The position numbers and the translations under genes were made by a program. A stretch of 64,000 nt of DNA, from assembly GCF_018977255.1 (NCBI RefSeq), contig NW_024704742.1:55678001-55742000 (forward strand), read 5' to 3'. Shown here in pieces: positions 1 to 11,860 of this stretch. Origin of the DNA: Callorhinchus milii. Its lineage: Eukaryota. The number at the start of each line of letters is the position of its first letter. Within the stretch, counting starts at the first letter, position 1. The notes below the pieces were generated by a model, which ran no database searches, was not told the DNA's origin, and saw only the letters and a list, made by a program, of their open reading frames with translations.

Positions 1-280
1 AGTGTTTGGCAAATTTTTGAATTCAGTCTTGTCTTTGAAATTGTCTTTCTACAGTTCTTAAAATAATTTACAGTGTACTCTGAAATTCCCATATGCTCTG
101 AAATGCTTTGTTGTTAGAGTAAATCTAGACCCAAGTGCAGTTTTTACCCCTTTGGTATACAGTACATTATTATTTATGAAATTAAAGACTTGTCTGACAC
201 AGAACATTCCTTGATCTTTAGGTTGAAATCACAGTTTGGCTGCATATCTGCATGTTTTCCGGAGTAACTTTAATGCAATG

Positions 281-432
281 CACATTTATGTTGTGCTTTC
301 ATGTCGGAGGCAGTCTCAAAGTGCTTGACAATGCTGGTTTGGCACCCGAGCTGGGGTTGGGAGTCGAAGAGAGTGGGGAGGGAATAGACGACTAAAAGCT
401 CAGTCAAAGAGGTATGTTTTGAGATGGCCTTA
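281..432 (-). mobile_element. Degenerate L2-clade LINE 3' end
   Basis: The reverse complement resembles the 3' ends of the better-preserved L2 copies in this window (e.g. 6340-6522). Confidence 0.65.
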
Positions 433-663
433 ATATGTCAGTATCCCTTTTCAGTTTTTGTCGAGATCGGCTAAGCTGGAAAGAAAACAGAATTCACCGG
501 AATTGTTGCAGGTCCAAGGAACAGTTCTCCCATTGGTTGACTGATCTGATAATGTCACTTGTGCTAATTGATGAGTCAATTGGTGTTACCACAATTATGT
601 AATATTTTATTTTTGCTCATGAAATGTCAATATAGAGAAGTGTAAAACGTACATTAATGTCTG

Positions 664-1494
664 ATGAAAAAATGTCAAAAAGAACTGACATCTGCAACTC
701 TGCCTCATAAAATACAAGCCTCTGGTGATCTTCTGCTCAGAAAAATTCTAATGCACGGATGTTCATATAGATTGCAAAATGAAGAGCAGGCTCTGGAGGT
801 AGAAGGTCGTGCAAGGAGGCACAGGGCATATGCAGAGGTTGGGAGACTTCCTCACAGGGAGGAAGTGAGATGGAAAGAGAACAAACGGTGTCAGTTCTTT
901 AGGCACTTTTTTAGTAAACAGTTCCAGAACAGCCCTGAGGAGAGGAACGGAATCGGACTGGGAGTCCACATGAGGGAAGGATGCATACTTTTTTTGTCAG
1001 CTGGGTGTCTGACACATGAGGAAAACCCATCACTGTGCTGCTTAACCAAGCTGAGATTTCCATGCATCCCACCTACATATGGAAATTCCAGAGATAGATT
1101 ATTGTAATGGAATCCGCTCTCTCTCCCTGGAGGGATCCATCCTGCTTACCTAATTGCGGAAACTATTAGGCGCAGGTTGGCAAGAGCCAAGGCTTTGGCA
1201 CCCCAGAGTGTGCTTTGGGATACTCTTGGAGTCTAACAACTAAAACTGCATAACTGGCTGTTGATAGCACTCGCTGGCAAGCTTTCTTGCTGCTTGTCCA
1301 GCTGGGGCCACCCTATCCCTTTACGGCTTTGGCTTGCAGGGTTAACAGGAACTGAGTGGGAGGATTCCCTGCCCCCATGGACTGGTTTGCCTTTTCAAGT
1401 CCTGTCGATAAGCCAGGCTTGCTGTGCTGTCATCAGTAGTGCCCTGGAATATTGCAGACCCACCTGCCTCAGAAGGAAAAATCTCATAAAATAA
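664..1494 (+). repeat. Unclassified interspersed repeat with residual reading frame (copy 1)
   Basis: One frame runs from 664 to 1494 with only two internal TAA stops (1105, ~1234). Bases 1105-1472 align by eye with the reverse complement of 39236-39600. Confidence 0.6.
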
Positions 1495-4400
1495 CAGGAG
1501 GTGAAGAAGCCTTTTCAACCATCTTTCCAGAACATAAACCTGAGCATTTTTGCATTAAAATGTCAAGCTGTTTCTTTTACTGGGCATTTTCCAAACAAAG
1601 TTGAACTCATCTAATTTAGATGTTTATTTTTGCAGATGCATTGATTCAATGGTTGCCTTTATTATCTTTCCTTATTTTTAGAATTATTTTCGTGAACACT
1701 CAAATGATTTTTGTTTTGATTTCCTCACCTCGTGAGGAACTCCCACAAACCTTGCTGATATATTCTGTCTGCCCACCAACATGCATAACCTCCTCCTCCT
1801 CCTGCTTGACTCCACTGGCAAAATTGATATCTCCGAGATACAGCAGCAGAAAATAAATAAGATTAAGTGACTATTTGTTCTATTTGATGTTGAAATTTAG
1901 AAATAAAAGCCCCATAGCAGATTGTCAATACTTCCTTAGTACTACTGTATTACCAACCGCCAAAATGATCCAAATACAGATGATTTGTGCTGAATAATCA
2001 TTTTGTGCAGAATCTTTTTTCCTTTTTTATTATTTTATTATTGCTTTGTATCCTTGGATCTAATTGTAAATATCCATACAGTAGCTTTAGAATTGCATAA
2101 TAAGTTACCCGTGAACCTTTAAGAACAATTGACTTGAGTGATATCACTCTTCTTGACAGCAAATTCAGACAGCATATTCAGTGTTAACATTTGAAGGCTA
2201 CGGCGGAATTCGTTGTAACACAAACACAAAAATATTAGAAGGTGGCACGTTTTTAATTTATTTAGAAATATTGACACAATCCTTTGTGCTTCTGTGAATT
2301 CCTTTATTTCAGAATACTTAACACCAGAAACGTACTGTATTGTTTCACTTGCGCATTTTGTATGCCACATGATAGGACACACATGCAGATTTGAAGGGTT
2401 GTCAAAGGGAATTCAGTGTTCAGAGATCTGAATTCCCTTGAAATGTACTGCACCATTCTTTATCTTCCTTGTCGAATTTTTTGAAAAAATCTCTTCAGGA
2501 GTGGGCCTTCCAGGACTAATTCAGGAAATTATTCATACTTTGCATATTGTCTGAGTCTTTCGTTAAGAAAGGTACATGGAAATGGCTAAGAATATTTGAA
2601 CGAAAGCTATTAATATATCCAGTAATGTAATGGTTCAAACACGCTGCTGAGTTTTGCCTTTCTTTGGAATCTGTAAAACTATCTCCTGGACAATTTGCTA
2701 ATTGTTATTTGTAAATATCACAAGGAACTTGTTATGCAATGCTACAAATTTCACCCTAAGATCTCTCATGAGAAAAGGGTTGATGGATAGATGTCAACGA
2801 ACTGACCAGAAAATTAGCTGATTGTTGCTAGGTAGTTATTTTAAGTCGCTGCAGCTCAATTGGCCTCAGAGCCCATAGAATCGTGAGGGAAATTCAGACA
2901 GTGCTTCCACGGAATGATTAAATAAGTGTACATGGGGTGACGATGGAACCAGCCTTGGCTGTGAGCCCCTCCGTCCCAGCTACTGAATAGCATGTGCACC
3001 CAATGTCATGGTTCAAAGACGGAAAATGGTCACTTAGATGAGGCACTGGAGGGTCCCCTGTGGACCTATACATGGTCATACAAGAAAAATGAGTCAAACG
3101 TTTTGTGGCGAGAAGGAAAGAAGGGTAGAAAAATGGAGAAAAACTGCAGAAAACTAGAATGATTTTTTGTGTCACAATAATAATGCATAGAAGTCACCTT
3201 TTAGTGTGTAAAACCTAATTCAACAATGCATTAGATAAAAAATAATCTAGTTTTGCTTTCAATTCAATCCTATATTAAGTACACAACATATTTGTGAGTG
3301 CCGTGTAGATAGATCGCAGATCATTTAACCTTTTCCTTTGTAACTTATTAAGGTTTTCTGGTGAAAATTAAAGCCTACATCTATTTTTGTTATGGATGGT
3401 CCTCCAATTTTCTATTTTATGAGGGCAAAATGACAAGCTGGTAATGTCAGGAGGTTTTGAGAAAAGAATAATTGTTCTTTAACAGCCAGCTGTGTATTGA
3501 ATGACTATAAACATGTCACAACAGGGCAGGAATCTTCAGCTAATTCAGGGTCAGGCTTGTGAAACCTGCTACTTATTTTACCATTCTGCAGCAGTGGTGT
3601 TACATGAATGTATATATTGTCGGGAGCTTTTCCAGTATTGCTGACAATGCTCAAGTGCAGGAAAGTTGTGACACAGACTATACTTATCTATCCTGCAGAA
3701 AGAGGAGATAGATGCCCTTAACCAGAAAAATGAACCTTTGTTAGAACAAGTAGCTGTCAGCTTGTGGGTTCTTAGATCATTCCGTTAAGCTGCATTATTG
3801 TGCCTTGGGGTACAAGGCAATCTGCAGACAATGCTCTCAGTGTAATTCGTTCACTTTCATCTTTCGTTTATTGAATGGGGGAGAAAAAGGACAAACAAAC
3901 CTTTTAAATAAAAAAGACATTTTTTTCTGCTTTTACCCTGAACAAACCATGACCTCTGTGTTTAGATATCAGAATCAATTACTGTATGAGAGATGACAAC
4001 CCTGCCCTCCAGCAAAGACAAAGCTTGTAGCGAAGGGGGAGAGCGGCACTTCCATGGAAATACTTCAAAATGTGTCTACCTCATTAACAAGTATAGGAAG
4101 CATAAAACAGATATGTTTACTCAGGTTTATGCATGTTAAAATTGTCCAAAAAATCCAGGTATGTAAAATGTTATGGTACCTTATGGAGAACATTTGAATA
4201 TTTATAATAAATTGGTTGATTCATAAGATGGTTTACAAGAAAGTCTGCATTTTCTGAGGTATATTATATTAGTTACATAGAGTTTGCACTTTCTTCTAAG
4301 CTCTGTTCAGTATGAGTTAAATGTTTGTGTACATATACTGTGGCTATTATAACACTCCAAACAAAAATAATCACTCAACGTTTGTGACATCTTTTGAAAA

Positions 4401-4574
4401 TAATTTCCTTACAACATTGATAATTAGTAATAAAACTAACATTAAGGACTGATTCAAAACTATTCAGACACCTCCGGACATCATTCTGAATTCATGACTC
4501 TAAAATAGATATTGTTTAAAAACATTCAATGGCATCAAATAGCTGTATGAATTTGGTTAAACATCATTGTATTC

Positions 4575-5150
4575 CAGTGTTAGAGATCTGGGATGATAAT
4601 TGAATCATCGCTCACCATGTCAAAGCAGTGCGATACAGCAATAAATAAGACAAAAAAGACGGTGGGATATATTGTCAAATCTGATAATTTCAGATTCCCA
4701 GAAGTCCTACCCAAACTGTATGGTGCTCTGGTCAGACATACCAAGATTACTGCATATTTTGGTCACTGTGAGATAAGGGAACTGCACAGGCCCCGCAGAC
4801 TGCAGAGGAGTACAACAGGAATGATCTGCAGTGAAGAGGAATGAGCTGTGAGCAACAATTAGGCCCTGGGGGCCTTCAGTCATGAAAAGAGACATCTCAG
4901 AGTGGACCTTGCAGAGGTATAAAAAATATAAAGATGGGATTGAGAAAGTAAACACAGAACAATACTTCCAGATGTAACAAGACAGCAGGACACAAGTTTA
5001 GAGATGCAAAGGGCAATTTTAAAACAGACAGCAAGAGGTATTTGCCAAGTGGCAATTCCTGACTGGAATCGGTTACTAGGGAGGGTGGACGAGGCCAGAA
5101 CTCTGGCCCCATTTTAAAAAGAACTTGATGGAAAGACATTAGGGTTTCAA
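4575..5150 (+). mobile_element. Old, degenerate CR1-clade LINE, ORF2 C-terminal part
   Basis: Residual peptides RDLG.II..SLTMSKQC and LPKLYGALVR, colinear with the CR1 copy at 36430-37050. Confidence 0.75.
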
Positions 5151-5154
5151 CACT

Positions 5155-6522
5155 ATGGACCACTCCATCCTCCCCCACTGCCTCTTCTCTCACCTCAACC
5201 TTCAAGGTTCTATCCTTGAATTCTGAACATCTGTGATCAGGGCTCCCTCTGCCTCCTTGTCTTCCTCGACCTCTCTGCCGCCTTCGACACTGTCGACCAC
5301 TCCATCCTCATACACCGCCTCTCTGCTTTACTCAATCTTCATGGACCTGCCCTTACCTGGGTCGATTCCTAGCTCTCTCACCATGTCCATTTAGTTGCCT
5401 CTGATGGTTTCTCCTCCAGCCCCCGCACTGTCACATCTGGCGTCCCCCAGGGCTTTGTCCTTGGCCCTTTCCTCTTTGATATCTACATACTCCCCCTTGG
5501 TGACATCATCCGCAGACATGGGGTCAACTTCCATATGTATGCGGATGACACGCAACTCTATCTTTCTGCCTCCACCCTCAACTCCAGGACCACTGCTGTC
5601 CTGACAGACTGTCTGTCGGACATCAAGTCCTGGATGAGGGCAAATTTCCTACAGTTGAATGTGAACAAGACTGAGGCCCTCCTGATTGGTTCACGCCAGC
5701 GCCTCAGCACCTCAGGCTCTGGCAGCATCAACCTCCATGGTTGCTCACTACAACTCACCAGCCAGTCAGGAACCGAGGTGTCTTGTTCAACCCTCAACTG
5801 TCTTTTCTCCCCCACATTCAAGCCATGACCCGCTCTGCCTTTCCTCACCTCCGTAACATCGCCCGACTCCGCCACTACCTCACCCCTCAGGCCACTGAAA
5901 CACTTATTCATGCCTTCATCACCTCCAGGCTCGACTATGCAAATGCTCTGCTTGTCGGCCTTCCCAACTCCTCCCTCCGCAGGCTGAAGATAATCCAGAA
6001 CATTGCTGTCCATGTCCTCTCCTGCACCAAACTCCGTGACCCCATTCCCCCCCATTCCCACCCAACTCCATTGGCCCCCTATCCTTCAGAGGATCCATTT
6101 CAAGATCCTGGTCCTCACATACAAAGCCCTCCATGGCCTCGCCTCACCCTACCTCTGCAACCTCCTAACCCCCTACCAACCCGCCTACTCCCTCCGCTCA
6201 GCCGGTTCCGGCCTGCTCCACTTCCCCTGACCCACCCGCCCCATCATTGGAGGGAGAGCCTTCAGCCACTCTGCCCCCAACCTCTGGAATTTCATTCCCC
6301 AATCACTCTGCCTCGCCCCCTCCTTAGCCTCCTTCAAGTCCCGCCTCAAGACCCTCCTCTTCGATCATGCCTTTAGCCACCCCACTTCTCCTCCCCTCCC
6401 TTACCCCCCCAACCCCAGCTCGAGTCTGAAATATCCAGCTCTGTCTCTACTCTGTCCAGCACCTTGGGACGTCCTCCCGACGTGAAAGGCGCTACACAAA
6501 TGTAATCTTGTTGTTGTTGTTG
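5155..6522 (+). mobile_element. 5'-truncated L2-clade LINE (RT domain to 3' tail), frameshifted
   Basis: Motifs [37 protein letters not shown] and SRLDYANALL. Ends gtgaaaggcgctacacaaatgtaatc(TTG)n. Confidence 0.95.
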
Positions 6523-6529
6523 AATGGTT

Positions 6530-7294
6530 CAGATTTTATCTCTCACATTGTCTCCGCCAATGATTTCTCTTACAACCCCTAAACAGTCTTGTGTGGTGTT
6601 CCTCAGGGCTCCCTCCTCGGTCCCCTCCTTTTGAACCTCTACGTGCTCCCCATTGGTGACATTATCCGCAGACATCAGGTCAATTTCCACATGTATGCGG
6701 ATGACACCCAACTCTATCTCTCTGCCTCCACCCTCAAACACAGGACCATTGATGTCCTGACAGATCATCCAGAACTCTGCAGCTCATGTCCCTTTCCACA
6801 CCAGACTCCCTGCCCTGACTCCATCACCCCCACCCTCCCCCAGCTCAAATGGCTCTCCATCCCTCAGAGGATAGAATTTAAAATCCTCGTCCTCACTTTC
6901 AAGGCCCTCCATGGCCTTGCCCCCTCCTACCTCTCTGATCTGCCGACACCCTATCATCCTGTCCACTCCCTCTGTTCAGCAGGCTCTGTCCTGTTCCATG
7001 TTTCCCGCCTGGCCTGCTCTACCATCGGGGGCTGGGCTTTCAGCCTCTCTGTTCCCACCCTTTGGAACTCCGTTCCACAATCTCTTTGCCAGGCTCCCTC
7101 TCTTGCCTCCTTCAAGGCATGACTCAAGACCCTCCTTTTCGACTGTGCCTTCACCAGCCCTCCTACCCTCTCTGCCGTTCCTCACCCCAACCCTGCCCCC
7201 CCCAACCTCAGGTCCTGATCCCCAACTGTTCAGCACCTTAGGGTATCCTCCTGACGTGGAATAGCCTTTACAAATATAATTTTGTTGTTGTTGT
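6530..7294 (+). mobile_element. L2-clade LINE, 5'-truncated with an internal deletion
   Basis: CGVPQGSLLGPLL and YADDTQLY, then a jump at ~6762 to the C-terminal region (WLSIPQRIEFKIL), then a (TTG)n tail. Confidence 0.92.
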
Positions 7295-7519
7295 GGTGTA
7301 TTCTGGAACGAAGATGAAATGGACCTAAAGGGAATCTTCATCCAAATCTCTCTTGTGATCCTTGGAACCAGCAGATGGATGAAACCTTCATCAGATGGAC
7401 CTGAGATGGATTCAACTACATGATGTAGAGGTGGGAAATTCTATCTATTTAACTTTTCCGAGTGCATTTTTGGTAGCTCTAAAATTTGGCTGCTCATCTG
7501 GCATTAATTTTAATTGCTT

Positions 7520-7647
7520 CCCTTACTTCCCCCTTGCCCTCCACCCTCCCCCACCCCAATCCCCAGCTCGGGACCGTAACTCTGTCTGTCTTGGGACGTC
7601 CTCCTGACGTGAAAGACACTATACAAATGTAATTTTGTTGTTGTTGT
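7520..7647 (+). mobile_element. L2 3' tail fragment
   Basis: cttgggacgtcctcctgacgtgaaagacactatacaaatgtaattt(TTG)n. Confidence 0.85.
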
Positions 7648-8059
7648 AATTCAAAATATTATTGAATTAGTTTCCTGGCCTTCAAAATCATCAATGTTGA
7701 GGATAGTTTTCCACAGTTGTATACTCAGTATCTCCACTCAACCGTTCGCAAGTCAGATCATCGAGATGTAAGATTAAGCTTCTTCTAGGTATTCCACAAA
7801 AGACCTTTGTGCTGATCCTAGTGGAGCACCTCCTACTTTTGTATCAAAATGACATGTCTATTTTCCACAGCAGCCACACTGAATGAGAATTACACTTTAA
7901 TTCAAATTAATGCTGCAATATAACAATTTTGCATGGTGAATGTATGCCTCCAGGAAGTTTGGTCGAGACTGTCAAAACACAGATACAATCTGTAACCTCT
8001 ATGGTTAAGGAGAGGCTGACCTCTTTTTCCCATTTAATCTGGGTTGTTTTTTTCTCCAG

Positions 8060-8079
8060 GTCTCAGAGGTGAATGGACG
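8060..8079 (+). other. Candidate 20-nt microexon
   Basis: Long pyrimidine tract ending ctccag, then GTCTCAGAGGTGAATGGACG, then gtgagc. An upstream gctgac is branch-point-like and the flanks are non-repetitive. Confidence 0.3.
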
Positions 8080-8856
8080 GTGAGCTAATCTATTGCACGA
8101 GGCAATCATCTTCTACATTGTATTTTTAATAGGCATGAACACCAGTTCATTAATGCTTGGTTAAGAACCTTTTATATCATTGCAGTGTGGCTGGTTTATA
8201 ACAAGCCTGTGACAAGCACTGTTAATCAGCTACCAACATCGCACATGAGCTCTTTGCAGCCAAAGGAAAGCAGTTGAAAAGACAATTATGTTATTTATGG
8301 TGAGTAATTGATTTCAATAAATAAACATTAAGCTTAGATTGTTTTAAAATGGTAAATCTTTCCTGAGCGTACTTTTCGAGATTTCCTATCCAGTGATGAA
8401 ACTTAAAAAGGCTGTTTGCCTATTGTCAACTTGAAATTGTTCCTGTAATTTACGTGTGGTGTTTAATATGAAAGGTAATAGATACTCAACCAAGCGTATC
8501 ACATATATAATAATAAATAATAATCCTTGTATTTGGTATAGCGCCTTTCACATCAGGAGGACATCTCACAGGATTTACTATGCAGCGATGCCAGGACAAT
8601 GGGAGAAACTTCCTCTCTTTTTGAATAATATACACCTGATTTGTCAAACCACTAATGAGAAGTGCACATGTATGTAAGTTTGACAATCAACAGTTAATGT
8701 GATATGATTGGCAACAATACCTCTTATACAATATATATAGTGCTGTCAGTATTACATATAACTATGGCATGAGAGAGTTTATTTTGCGTTTTACATATCT
8801 ATCTTCACCAGAGAATCACTCATCTTTTAACAGGATTCCAGTAATAACTACAAAAA

Positions 8857-9254
8857 ATAATAATAATCCTTGCATTTGGTATAATGCCATATCACATCAG
8901 AAGGACATCTCAAAGCACTTCACAGGAATTACTGTGAAACTGAGTGACTGTGTATTTGTAGGCAAATGGGGGAGCACAGTTGTGCACAGCAATGTCCCAC
9001 AAACAGGCAAGAAAGAAATGACCAATTTTATTTGGAGGCCAGATTGCCAGGTCAGCGGGAGAAACTGCTTTCTTTTCGAATAGTGCTGTGGGATCTTTGA
9101 TGTCCATCTGAACAGGCAGATGGGACCTCAATTTAATTTCTCATCCAAAGGACAGCAATGCAAAACCCACCAGCAGTATATTGGAGTGTCACCTTAGACT
9201 ATGTGAATTCAAGTTCTGATGTGGGACTTAAACCTTTATCAAGCCAAGCTGACA
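8857..9254 (-). mobile_element. Deu-domain (SacSINE1-like) SINE
   Basis: The reverse complement contains the Deu core (gaggtcccatctgcctgttcagatggacatcaaagatcccacagcactattcgaa) and ends in tgcaaggattattatta. Confidence 0.85.
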
Positions 9255-9879
9255 ATATAGTCCTGACTCAATCTGGATCTCTGCTGGACACATGTTCTTT
9301 GCTCCAGATGCATTTCCATTGCATAGACATATATCATCCCTCCCTAAACAGTTATCTTGTGATGAATGTAAGTCTGTACAGATTTTGGAATTATTGATAT
9401 TAAATAATTATAGCATTTCGCTAACTAAGTGCTGTCTATGTTCACTTTCTGCAAGAACCATATTTTAAAGCTTCTGTCTAGTACAGCAGGGACATTGATA
9501 GCTAGAAGAAAGAAAGACTGCACTTAATTTGGAGATAGCTTATCCCTTGACTGCTGATGACATTATTATGACTTCACCAAACACGAGCCTGGGTGGCCTC
9601 TAGTTGATGTTTATTTTCCACTGACAGACAAATCGGTTAGTAAACACAATTTCCTTTGTTGCAGTCAGGTGGTACAGGTATGCAAGGCATCATCCACTCT
9701 GGTGAAGGTGAAAAAGTGTCAAAACTGCTCTTAATTAGGAACATTTTAGCTTGACGAACCTGGAAGTCTTCCTGCCATTGACTCAAGTCAGCTCAAATTA
9801 TTCTGAATACTGAACAATCTACAAATTGTTGGATTTCCAAAATCTTATTAACTGCACACAAGACAAAGTCACTGATATT

Positions 9880-10170
9880 CTTCAATCTTTAATTAACGTC
9901 CAAATGTCAATGCACAGCACAAGGGAGTTACTCATAATTCCTTCATACTGAGGGCATCCAGATTACCACAGGTGTTTGACCAAGAGGATTAGATGACTGG
10001 CTGCTTAGAGGGATATGCAGCATCTCCATGGCTAATAACAGCATTCCATAATAGACATACCTGTAAGGTTCACTGACCTGCTATTGGACTTTGACGGCTT
10101 AGTATTTGAGATTTGTTGATCGTGGCTCTCTCAGTCTGATATTCACATCCTGGAGGTCGCTTCCAAGGCA
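9880..10170 (-). mobile_element. Possible PIF/Harbinger DDE transposase relic
   Basis: On the minus strand, GSDLQD is followed after a frameshift by GDAAYP...GNL...TFGR*LK, with spacing like the Harbinger catalytic core. Confidence 0.35.
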
Positions 10171-10230
10171 ATGAATCTGGTTTGTGAATATTGCATTTTA
10201 AACCCTGTGTCTTTGATTATTGGATTCATT

Positions 10231-10465
10231 GAATCATAGAATCCTTCAGCACAAAAGGAGGTCATTCAACTATCCAATCAGTCCCACTCCCCTCTCTTTC
10301 CCCATAGCCTTGCATTTTTTTTCTTTTCAAGTAAATATCCAATTCCCTTTTGAAAGTTATTATTGAATCTGCTTCCACCAACCTTTCAGGCAGTACATTC
10401 CAGATCGTAACAAGTCGTAGCGTAAAAAAAAATTCTCCTCATCTCCCTTCTGGTTCTGATTTAAT
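10231..10465 (-). mobile_element. CR1 LINE 3' end
   Basis: Reverse complement is colinear with 36900-37155 (gatctggaatgtactgcctgaaaggttggtggaagcagattcaataataac) and has an ATTCTATGATTC tail. Confidence 0.88.
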
Positions 10466-10689
10466 TGTTTGGGAGACTTTCGGTTTTTAGTACTATTTCA
10501 GAATTGCCAAAATATATTAAAACCTGTCACCAGCACTACTGGCAAAAAAAGATCATTACCAGTGGATGCTCAACATAAGTGCAACTTCAGTCAAGTGTTA
10601 TTTTCCTGCCTTGGATTACATTTTCCCCATTTGTGCAACATTCCAACTCCATGGATCCGGTTCCTTCACAGGCTCTTGACCCTCCCCCC

Positions 10690-11330
10690 ATCTCTCTTTC
10701 CTCCACCTCACAACAAAATTCCCAATCACACATCTCCAGTCCATTGCCCTCCAATACGTCCAATGCCTCATTAATTCTCCCCATCCACAATCTCATCCTG
10801 GACATACATATCAATATCCTGGTCCTCACTGAAATTTGGCTCATGTTGGCAAACCTTCCCATTCACTGAAGCTGCCCTGCCAGGGAACACATTCCATCAT
10901 ACCCCATGTTCCAGTTGCCATGGAGTGGCATTCATGTGCAAATCTTCTCTAGGCTGTCATCTTACTTCTCCAGATCCTTCTCCTCCTTTGAACATCTCAC
11001 TCCCTGCTAGTCCTCTTATTTATTCCTTAGGATTCTCATTGTCCACCATCCTCCCATATCTTCCAGAAAATCTCCTGTCTAGTATCTTCTTCTATGAATG
11101 CCTCCTCATCTTGGGCAACTCTAACCTTCACTTCACTCCTGCCTGTACCATCTTTGCTGAAGTTTCCATTCTGCTTTTCTCCATCAACCTCATCCTTCTC
11201 ACTAACCCCTCAGCCCACATTCACAGTAGTCTCTTAACCTGGTCATCACCAATACCTCTCCATCTCTGAGACCGCTAATGCTAACAAAGCTATCTATTTC
11301 GTCATCTTCATCATTTCCCATTTCATCCTC
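10690..11330 (+). mobile_element. L2 ORF2 AP-endonuclease domain relic
   Basis: Peptides IHNLILDIHINILVLTEIWL (LTETWL motif), LLILGNSNLH (GDFN.H) and P.AHIH in a C-rich L2-like composition. Confidence 0.75.
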
Positions 11331-11429
11331 TCTGCCAGCCAGCCTTCCACTGTCAGATAGTTTGGGAATATAGCATTTGATATCAAATGTAAAGATTATT
11401 ATAGCTGCTTTTACATCGGTAAAATGTCT

Positions 11430-11720
11430 CAAAATGCTTCACAGGGGCTGAGCGAGGAGAGGTTTGTTCCTGGGGGATGGGACTGATGGGCCTTGTAGAG
11501 AGATTGGGGGATAGGGCAGTCTGGATGGTTACTCTGAAACAGCCATTGGTGGGTGATATGGTGAGCATAGTGGGGGATGGCTGGGATGGAGCAGAGGGAG
11601 AATACGTGGAACGGTCCAATAGAAGAAGAGACGAGAAGGCAGCAGGAGAGCAGAAGGAAGTGACAAAGGTGAGCTGTGAGTGAGGTGCAAGAGGGGCTTG
11701 GTGGCTGGGGAAAGGAGAGA
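11430..11720 (-). mobile_element. Degenerate L2-like fragment
   Basis: G/A-rich on the plus strand like the other minus-strand L2 copies, starting with a tail-like aaaatgcttcacag. Confidence 0.4.
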
Positions 11721-11794
11721 GAAGTTAGGGGGAGCAGAGATGGGAGGCTCGGTTCAGGAGCGGATGGCAATTGCGCAAAAAGAAAAAATTGAGA

Positions 11795-11860
11795 TACAGA
11801 TATCAAATAGAATGGCAGAACAGGCTCGAAGGGCTGAATGGCCTAATCCTGTTCCTACGC
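11795..11860 (+). mobile_element. CR1 3' terminal hairpin fragment
   Basis: gaatggcagaacaggctcgaagggctgaatggcctaatcctgttccta matches 21620-21665. Confidence 0.8.
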
